A stretch of DNA of 64,000 nt from Candidatus Eiseniibacteriota bacterium (GTDB lineage: Bacteria > Eisenbacteria > RBG-16-71-46 > CAVPCR01), in assembly GCA_963823555.1 (NCBI GenBank), contig CAWGMA010000001.1, forward strand, positions 1 to 64,000, read 5' to 3'. Position 1 is the first letter of the stretch; each line of letters opens with the position of its first letter. The notes beneath the pieces were generated by a model that saw nothing but the letters and a program-made list of their open reading frames with translations, was not told the DNA's origin and ran no database searches. This document shows positions 20,223 through 27,585 of this stretch, one piece after another. Made by a program: the position numbers and the translations under genes.

Positions 20223-20948
20223 CTAGCGGTACAGCGCCTTGACCGTGCCCCAGGTGCCTTCCTCGACCGGAGTCACGCCGGTACCGTTGAGAATCAGGAC
20301 CCAGTGCATGCCGGGGAAGCCGAGCACAGCCGTGTCCGTGGGCTCGCTGACACCGCAGTCCACAGCCGCCAGGTAGGTCGGGCGGATCTGGCCATTGGCG
20401 TTGGAGCCGACGAAGAAGCTGTTGCCCGCGGTCTGGCCATTGGGCGTGAAGACCTCGACGACCACGTCAAGGCCCACGGGGTCGAGCAGCAGATCCGGGA
20501 AGTCGACGTTGAAGATGGTCAATGACTGATCGGGAACCGTCACGTTCGTTGCTCCGCCGAACAGGAAGAGGTTGGCGAAGAGCAGCGGCGCGTTAGGATC
20601 CATCACGTAGATGTTGACGTCGATCGGCTGGCTGCCGCCGGCGCCGACTGCCTGCTCGATACCGAAGTCGATGCTCTGCAGCGTCCATGGATCGGTGATG
20701 CCGTGATCGCCGTTCAGATCGAAGCGGCGCATGTAGCTGTTGTCGGTGTGCAGGCCGCCAGCGTTGCAGGACACCGAGTTGCCCGTCGTAATCGTGACGG
20801 GGTCCGCGTTCTGGGTCACCTGGTCACGATTGAAGTCGTAACCGGTGTTGGTCGGCACGCCCGGATCCAGCGAGCTATGGGTGAAGTCCCCGCCGATGGC
20901 GGGGATGGCCAGGCACAGGCCGAAAACGATGATAGCGAGTGACCTCAT
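20223..20948 (-). CDS. Secreted protein with C-terminal TWGxxKxxYR motif
   Basis: TAAGGAGA RBS; signal peptide; ends TPVEEGTWGTVKALYR. Confidence 0.85.
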   Translation of the reverse strand: MRSLAIIVFGLCLAIPAIGGDFTHSSLDPGVPTNTGYDFNRDQVTQNADPVTITTGNSVSCNAGGLHTDNSYMRRFDLNGDHGITDPWTLQSIDFGIEQAVGAGGSQPIDVNIYVMDPNAPLLFANLFLFGGATNVTVPDQSLTIFNVDFPDLLLDPVGLDVVVEVFTPNGQTAGNSFFVGSNANGQIRPTYLAAVDCGVSEPTDTAVLGFPGMHWVLILNGTGVTPVEEGTWGTVKALYR

Positions 20949-21118
20949 TGCAGGTTCTCCTTAGTTGTGTGTTTCCTGGATGATCGACCGGGCCAGCCCA
21001 GAAGGCTGACAATCAGGCGGGATGTGCCCCGTGAAGTGGCCAGCTCATAGCAGCCCCAGTGATGATCCGAAGTCAAGTCCAAGAGCCTCCCCAACCCAGG
21101 GCGACGTCTTTCATGGGT

Positions 21119-21147
21119 ATCCTACAGCACTTGCGGGGATTTGGCAA
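21119..21147 (-). promoter_or_regulatory. Candidate sigma70 promoter for the gene starting at 20948
   Basis: Minus strand TTGCCA-N17-TAGGAT. Confidence 0.5.
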
Positions 21148-21269
21148 GTCTTGGAGACGCGGAAGATCGCCTCGGCTTCGGACCCACGGGGCCTCAGCGC
21201 TCCAGAATTGGGTGAGATGCCGCAATCCGCCGGGGGGATCACGGGCTTCATGCCGGCGAAGGCAAGTTC

Positions 21270-22877
21270 CTAGCGCCTCCCGGTCGCCGCGGCGTAGAAG
21301 CGATCTCCATCCGCGGCGAAGCGCGCTCGCGACTCGTCCCAGCTATAGAACATGTGCCCGCCCTTGTAGTTGGCGGTGACCAGATGCTCGCGCTGGGCGG
21401 GCGTGAGCTTCATGTGATCGATCAGGCGGCGGCTCGAGAAGTAGGGGGTCACCAGATCGAAGTAGCCGTGGGCGATGAAGACCTGCATGTGCTCGTTGAG
21501 GCTCATCCCGTAGCGGAGGTCGTCCATGGCGCCCGTGAGCTTCTGGAAGACATGCTTCGAGCTCGAGTCCTTCCAGGATTCGTTGACGTCCATGCTCAGC
21601 AAGCGATACTCGAGGTCGGTCTCGACTCCGAGGTTGCTGCGCAGCTGATGGTTGATCGCGGCCGTGAACAACCGATCGATGGAGAACAGGGTGGGGTCGG
21701 GGCCCTCGTAGTTGTCGCGATCGGGGAAGGGATCGGTCGTGGTGATCGATGCATCGTAATGACCGCAGAGACGGCGTTGCGCCCTGAGGAGCTTCCGGCA
21801 GAAGAGCGTCGAGGTGACCCGACCGCTCGCCCGGTCGAGCAGCTCCGCCGGCAGGCCGCAGAGGCTCCCCATGCGCGCGATGAGCTTGGCGCGCTCATTT
21901 GCTGCAAGGGCGTCCCCCTGCACCAGTAGCTTCGGCAGCTCGTTCTTGGCAAACGACTCCGCCTCGGCGAGGACGCGGTCGAGCGTTGTGCCAGCGGGGA
22001 TGCCGAGCGCCCGGCGATGACACCAGGCGGCGGCGGCCAGCGAGGGGAAGAGCTCCACCCAGTAGGTCAGGTCGTAATCGGTGCCCGACAGGGACTCGAG
22101 CTCGATCGCCGGCGAGATCAGGATCGATCCGCACAGCCCGACGCCGTGGCTCTCCTGGAGCTTCCGCGCCATCTTCGCCACCCTGAAGCCCCCGTAGCTC
22201 TCCCCGGCGATGAAGATCGGCGCCGTCCAGCGGTGGTGCACGGACAGGAAGCGGCTGATGAACTCGCCGAGCGACTGGAGGTCCTTCTCGACATCCCAGA
22301 ACTCGGGGTTCTCCTTCGGATCGTCGGCCTCGGGTTTCGCGCCCGGTTCGTCGCCCGCGGGCTCCCTGGCTGCTCCCTTCTTCTCCGGCTTCAAGGCGCG
22401 GCTGAAGCCGGTGCCGACCGGATCGATGAAGACGAGATCGGTGAAGGCGAGCCACGTCTCCTTGTTGTCGACGACCGTGGTCGGGGGCTGGGGCAGCGAC
22501 CCCGATTCGCCGAAGACGACCCGCTTGGGGCCGAGGGCGCCCATGTGGAGGTAGGCCGAGGCGGCGCCTGGTCCGCCGTTGAAGACGAAGGTGAGTGGCC
22601 GGTCACTCTTGCCTCCCTTGGCCAGGTACGCGGTGTGGAAGATGTGGGCCACCGGCTTGTGGATCTTCCGCAGGCTGATCCAGCCCGTGATCGCCCGGTA
22701 GTCGAGCTTACGCCCGGGTAGAGCGAGCGAACCTGCGGTGACCTTCTCCTTCATCGGGAACGGCATTTCGGTCTGCGGCACATATCCGGGCTCTTCGCCG
22801 GGCTTGTTCCCGAGCTTCTTCTGCGGGCCGGCCATGGTCCTGTCGGCCGGTGTCTTGGCGGATCTTCTTGTGGTCAT
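21270..22877 (-). CDS. Serine carboxypeptidase, peptidase family S10
   Basis: RPLTFVFNGGPGAAS, DLVFIDPVGTGFS, AGESYGG (catalytic Ser), GYFDLVTP, YKGGHMFY; start approximate. Confidence 0.92.
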   Translation of the reverse strand: MTTRRSAKTPADRTMAGPQKKLGNKPGEEPGYVPQTEMPFPMKEKVTAGSLALPGRKLDYRAITGWISLRKIHKPVAHIFHTAYLAKGGKSDRPLTFVFNGGPGAASAYLHMGALGPKRVVFGESGSLPQPPTTVVDNKETWLAFTDLVFIDPVGTGFSRALKPEKKGAAREPAGDEPGAKPEADDPKENPEFWDVEKDLQSLGEFISRFLSVHHRWTAPIFIAGESYGGFRVAKMARKLQESHGVGLCGSILISPAIELESLSGTDYDLTYWVELFPSLAAAAWCHRRALGIPAGTTLDRVLAEAESFAKNELPKLLVQGDALAANERAKLIARMGSLCGLPAELLDRASGRVTSTLFCRKLLRAQRRLCGHYDASITTTDPFPDRDNYEGPDPTLFSIDRLFTAAINHQLRSNLGVETDLEYRLLSMDVNESWKDSSSKHVFQKLTGAMDDLRYGMSLNEHMQVFIAHGYFDLVTPYFSSRRLIDHMKLTPAQREHLVTANYKGGHMFYSWDESRARFAADGDRFYAAATGRR

Positions 22878-23082
22878 TCTTGGGTCCCCAATGTCCGTTG
22901 GAATCAGCATCACCTCACGGCCTGCGGTGCGACTCGGTGGCCATGAGACGGAAAGGGAAACAGCCAACCCGGGGATACTAGCAGCAAGGTGCCCGGCGAG
23001 CCCCTGAGTCATGCTCCCACCGGAACCGAGGGCGCGATAGAATGGCGCCCAGTCCCACGGCGCGTATCGAACCTCGAACACG

Positions 23083-24573
23083 ATGAACCCAGACCCCGGC
23101 GTTTCCTTGCCGACAGCTGAAGCGGTGGCGCTGCCGCCGCCTCCCGAACACCCGGGCCCGATCGCCCATCCGGGTTCGGCCCCGCCTCGAGCGGGCCCGC
23201 CAGGGGCCGGGGGCTCGGTGCGCGAGGTGGCGGCCCTCGCCGGCCCCGCCGTCGTCAGCATGCTCTCGGTCACCATGATGTGGACGGTCGACACCTTCTT
23301 CGTCGGCCGCCTCGGGAGCGCCGAGCAGGGAGCGGTGGGGTTCGCCGGCGTTCTCACCTGGACCATCTTCACCTTCGTGGTCGGCCTTCTCAACGCGGTC
23401 CAGGTCTTTGTCGCCCAGCATGTCGGGGCGCGCTCCCCGCGCGGCGCCGGCGAGGTCACCTGGCAGGGCATCTATGTCGGCCTCGCCGCGGCGGTGCCCA
23501 TCGCGCTGCTCTCGCTCGCGGCGCGCGATCTCGTCGCCGTCTTCGGCATTGATGCGGCGATCGCGCCCCATGCCGCCATCTACCTCAGGATCCGCCTCCT
23601 CGGCGCCGCCGGCATCTTCCTGTCGAGCGCGAGCGAAGGTTACCTGCGAGGCATTGGCGACACCCGGACGCCGATGGTCGTCACGATCATCGCCAACGTT
23701 CTCAACATCTTCCTCGACTATGCTCTCATCTTCGGGAACTTCGGCATGCCGGTCCTCGGTCTCGCGGGCGCGGCGTGGGCGACGGTGGCGGCGGGATTCG
23801 TGCAAGGGATCACGCTCTTCCTCTGCTTCGAACGCCGAGCGCTGCGCAAAGGACATCTCGAAAGCCCGGTCGCACCGCTCCTGCGCGCCCGGCTCTTGCC
23901 CATGGTGCGGGTCGGGCTGCCGATCGGGGTTCAGTGGTTGCTCGACATGGGATCCTGGACCGTGTTCACGGTTCTCATCGCGCGGATCGATGCGGTTCAG
24001 GCCGCGGCGCACCAGGTGGCCACGACGCTCCTTCACTTCTCGTTCATGCCTGGATACGGAGTCTCGGTGGCGGCGACCACGCTCGTCGGGCAGTACCTGG
24101 GGGCCGGCGACCGGCAGTCGGCGCTCAACACCGCGCGAAGCGCCCTCCGTCTCGTGCTCACCTTCATGGGCGCGATGGGCGTGGTCTTCCTCGTCTGGCG
24201 CCACACGCTGATCGGGATCTTCAATCCGGATCCCGCGGTGATCCAGCTCGGAGGGGTGCTGCTGGCCCTCGCCGCTCTGTTCCAGATCGGTGATGCCACG
24301 AACATGGTGCTCTCGGGAGTGCTGCGCGGCGCCGGCGACACGCGCTACCCGATGGTGGCGACGACCGTGATGTCGTGGTTCGTGTTCGTGCCCCTGGTGT
24401 GGTTGTTCGCGGTGCGGCTGGGCCACGGGGCGGCCGGGGGCTGGTTCGCCGCCGTGATCTGGCTCGGGGGGCTCGCCCTGGTTCTGCGCCGGCGCTATGT
24501 CAGCCGCAAATGGATGGAGCGGGTCCTCGTGAAGCGCGAGCCATCCGAGATCTCGGCGACGGAGGACCGGTGA
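23083..24573 (+). CDS. MATE-family transporter
   Basis: About 12 TM segments; VDTFFVGRLG, LRGIGDTRTPM, NIFLDYALIFG, VGQYLGAG, LRGAGDTRYPM. Confidence 0.93.
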   Translation: MNPDPGVSLPTAEAVALPPPPEHPGPIAHPGSAPPRAGPPGAGGSVREVAALAGPAVVSMLSVTMMWTVDTFFVGRLGSAEQGAVGFAGVLTWTIFTFVVGLLNAVQVFVAQHVGARSPRGAGEVTWQGIYVGLAAAVPIALLSLAARDLVAVFGIDAAIAPHAAIYLRIRLLGAAGIFLSSASEGYLRGIGDTRTPMVVTIIANVLNIFLDYALIFGNFGMPVLGLAGAAWATVAAGFVQGITLFLCFERRALRKGHLESPVAPLLRARLLPMVRVGLPIGVQWLLDMGSWTVFTVLIARIDAVQAAAHQVATTLLHFSFMPGYGVSVAATTLVGQYLGAGDRQSALNTARSALRLVLTFMGAMGVVFLVWRHTLIGIFNPDPAVIQLGGVLLALAALFQIGDATNMVLSGVLRGAGDTRYPMVATTVMSWFVFVPLVWLFAVRLGHGAAGGWFAAVIWLGGLALVLRRRYVSRKWMERVLVKREPSEISATEDR

Positions 24574-26459
24574 AGGAACGCCAGCGCGAACGGCGGGCGG
24601 CCAGGAAGCCGTGGTCCGCGAGCCGGAGCGAGCTCATCGTGCTCGCCCTGGTCCTCCTCGTCCGCACCATCCATCTCGCCGGCATCCTTGGCGATCCGCT
24701 GGCTCTGGCGCCCCGGATGGACCCCGGCTATCACGACACCTGGGCCCGTGCGATCGCCGGCGGCGATCTCACCTTCGACGGGCCGTTCTTCCGCGCGCCG
24801 CTCTATGCCTACTTCCTCGGCGCGATCTATGCGCTCTCCGCGGGGTCGATCGCGCTCGCGCGCGGTATCCAGCTCGCTCTCGGGCTCGTCACGGTGTTCC
24901 TGATCATGCGCATCGGGCGGCGGACCGTGGGGGAGCGAGCGGGGCTGGTCGCCGGCGCCGCCTACGGCATCTATCCGATCGCGCTCCGCTACGAAGGCGA
25001 TCTCCTGGTCGAGGGACTCTTCATCCTGTTCGCGATGGGAGCCCTCCTCGCGTACCTGCGGGCGCTCGAGCGTCCCACCCGCGGGCGCTGGTTCACGACC
25101 GGTCTCCTCTTCGGGCTCGCGGCCGTCACGCGCCCCAACATCCTCCTCTATGCGCTCATGGTGCCGGTGGTGACGGCGGTCACGCGCCGCGTCGAGCGGG
25201 CGGGCGTTCCGTTCCGCCGGGCGGTGGGGGAGGCCGCACTCCTGGGCGCCGGTCTTCTCCTGCCGATTCTCCCCGTCGCGCTCCACAACGCGATCGTCGG
25301 CCACGACTTCGTCCCCATCGCCAGCCAGGGCGGGGTCAACTTCTTCATCGGCAACAACCCCGTGGCCGACGGCTTCACCGCCATCGTTCCCGGCACGCGC
25401 CCGACCTGGTGGGGCGGGCACGACGACGCGGTGGCCCTCGCCGAGCGCGCCCGCGGGCGCGCTCTTCGTGCTTCGGAGGTGTCCCGCTACTGGACCGGAG
25501 AGGGGCTCCACTACCTGCGGGCCGAGCCCGTTGACGCGCTCCGCCTCTACGCGCGCAAGCTCTATCTGTACTGGTGGGGCGCCGAGATCTCGAACAACGA
25601 GCACATCTACTTCCTGCGCCGCTACTCGCTGCCGATGCGGATCTCGCTGTGGCACGCCGGCCTCTATTTCCCGTTCGGCCTCGTGGCTCCGCTCGCGCTC
25701 TTCGGGATGGTGCTCGGCTGGGTCCGGCTCCGCGCCCGCGTGCTGCCGCTTCTGGCCTATGCCCTGCTCTACATGATGTCGGTCATCCTCTTCTTCGTCT
25801 GCGCCCGTTTCCGCCTGCCGGCAATCCCCGTGCTGCTTCTCTTCGCCGCCTATTTCGCGCTGGCGTTGCCCGGACTCATCAGCGGCGGGCGCCGGCCGGT
25901 GCTGATGCTCGTGGCCCTCGCCGGGACGATCATCGTCCTCAATGCCGATCCGTACCGCATCGGACCGGCAGTTCACGGATCGCAGGCGCTCAGCTATCTC
26001 GATCTCGGAGCTTTCTACCTGAAGGAGGGAAAGTTCACCGAAGCCGAGGTGAACCTGCGGCAGGCCTCCGAGCTCGATCCGGGCCTCCCGACGCCGCATG
26101 CCTGGCTGGGTCGGATCGCGCTCGAACGCGGCGATCTCGCGACCGCGGAGGCGGAGCTCAGGCTCGCCACTCGGGGCGATCCGGTGCTCTTTCGCGAGGT
26201 GGTGACGCAGGCGCAGCGCGATCTGGGACGCCTGGCGATGGCGCAGGGCTGGTATGACCGGGCGTTCGATGTCTATGCCCGCGCGTTCGCCCTCGATCCG
26301 GGGAGCGCGCCCGCGGCGGCGGGGGCCGGAACGGCGGCGCTGGTGATGGGTGACACGATGACGGCCCGGCGCTATCTCGAGCAGGCGCTCGCGCTCGACC
26401 CGGGAAACCGCGCTGCCCTCGATGCCCGGGCGCGTCTCGAGCGCAACATCCAGCGATAG
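24570..26459 (+). CDS. GT-C (ArnT/PMT-like) membrane glycosyltransferase with C-terminal TPRs
   Basis: GTGA overlap with the MATE gene; MDPGYHDTWA, PFFRAPLYAYFLG, LAAVTRPN, GGVNFFIGNNP, ARFRLP, then TPR repeats. Confidence 0.85.
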   Translation: MKERQRERRAARKPWSASRSELIVLALVLLVRTIHLAGILGDPLALAPRMDPGYHDTWARAIAGGDLTFDGPFFRAPLYAYFLGAIYALSAGSIALARGIQLALGLVTVFLIMRIGRRTVGERAGLVAGAAYGIYPIALRYEGDLLVEGLFILFAMGALLAYLRALERPTRGRWFTTGLLFGLAAVTRPNILLYALMVPVVTAVTRRVERAGVPFRRAVGEAALLGAGLLLPILPVALHNAIVGHDFVPIASQGGVNFFIGNNPVADGFTAIVPGTRPTWWGGHDDAVALAERARGRALRASEVSRYWTGEGLHYLRAEPVDALRLYARKLYLYWWGAEISNNEHIYFLRRYSLPMRISLWHAGLYFPFGLVAPLALFGMVLGWVRLRARVLPLLAYALLYMMSVILFFVCARFRLPAIPVLLLFAAYFALALPGLISGGRRPVLMLVALAGTIIVLNADPYRIGPAVHGSQALSYLDLGAFYLKEGKFTEAEVNLRQASELDPGLPTPHAWLGRIALERGDLATAEAELRLATRGDPVLFREVVTQAQRDLGRLAMAQGWYDRAFDVYARAFALDPGSAPAAAGAGTAALVMGDTMTARRYLEQALALDPGNRAALDARARLERNIQR

Positions 26460-26684
26460 GGAATCGACCTATTTCGCACATGCAGCTGACAAGGACAACA
26501 CGAGAATTGCACAAGAGACTGCAATCTCCACTTGCTGCTTTCGTGGTTCTTGCGCAACACTTGTGCTGTCGAGAGTCACGATGATCTCGAAGGCGGGCGC
26601 CCGCTCGCCAGGTCCCGGCATCTTCACCCCGAAATCGAAGCGCGGTTCATGCACTGGCCGTCTTCGAGTCGGAGGAGGTGGGCG

Positions 26685-27455
26685 ATGTTACGCTTGTGTC
26701 TTCTCTGCATCGCGACATTCTGCATCCTCGGCCAGACCACGCCGGCCACGGCTCAGGTCAGCGACCATTACCTCAGCTACTCCGTCGAGCCACGCACGCT
26801 CGGAGTGCCGGTCCTGGTCGGCGACCAGTTCATTCCCGAGCTTCAGGTGGGAGTCATGGTCTACGAGCGTCTCCTGAACCCGGTCATGCAGGACAACGTG
26901 CCCATGATCGATCCCACGGCGCACCTCGACTGGTGGCGCGTCGAGCCTCCGGTTCCAGTGGGTCGTCACATCGCTGTGACCAACAAGTTCGGGCAGTTCG
27001 AATGGGACGTCCACCACCTGGAGTTCCTCCTCGCGCCGTCGCGCAAGAACCAGCCGGGGCCGCCACCGGAAAACATCAACCACTTCCTGTGCTACCGGGC
27101 GTCAGGTCCCCGGCCCGATGTCACCGTGCGGCTGGAGGACCAGTTCCGTCAGATCACGGCCGTGGTGGGAGAGCCGGAGTTCTTCTGCAATCCCTGCCGC
27201 AAGAACCACGATGGTCGCATCTACCCCATCGTTGACCCTGACGTCCATCTCGCTGTCTACCAGGTCCTGACACCGCCTTTCACGGCGACCGTGTTCACCG
27301 AGGACCAGTTCGGGATCTTCCAGAACCTGGTGCTCGGGGCTCCCGTGGAGTACCTGTTCGTTCCCTCGTTGAAGGATGAGCCGGTGCCCGTCGAGTCCAG
27401 CACGTGGGGGCGGATCAAGTCGACCTATCGCGACGACGAGATCATCATTCCATAG
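26685..27455 (+). CDS. Secreted protein with internal H-x3-Y/W...DQF repeats and a near-terminal TWGxxKxxYR motif
   Basis: GGAGGAGG RBS; signal peptide; ends VPVESSTWGRIKSTYRDDEIIIP. Confidence 0.8.
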   Translation: MLRLCLLCIATFCILGQTTPATAQVSDHYLSYSVEPRTLGVPVLVGDQFIPELQVGVMVYERLLNPVMQDNVPMIDPTAHLDWWRVEPPVPVGRHIAVTNKFGQFEWDVHHLEFLLAPSRKNQPGPPPENINHFLCYRASGPRPDVTVRLEDQFRQITAVVGEPEFFCNPCRKNHDGRIYPIVDPDVHLAVYQVLTPPFTATVFTEDQFGIFQNLVLGAPVEYLFVPSLKDEPVPVESSTWGRIKSTYRDDEIIIP

Positions 27456-27484
27456 CGCTTGATCTTGCATCGATGGCAAGGAAG

Positions 27485-27525
27485 CACCGACGCCCTGGTG
27501 GATGGACTCCGCCAGGGCGTCGGTG
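27485..27525. terminator. Long stem-loop between convergent genes (probable terminator)
   Basis: 18-bp stem CACCGACGCCCTGGTGGA / TCCGCCAGGGCGTCGGTG with one G-U pair and a 5-nt loop. Confidence 0.65.
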
Positions 27526-27585
27526 TCACTGCCTGATGGCTCGGCTGCGCCGCCGGAAGTGAAGGATCGGTGCGACGACTCGCTG

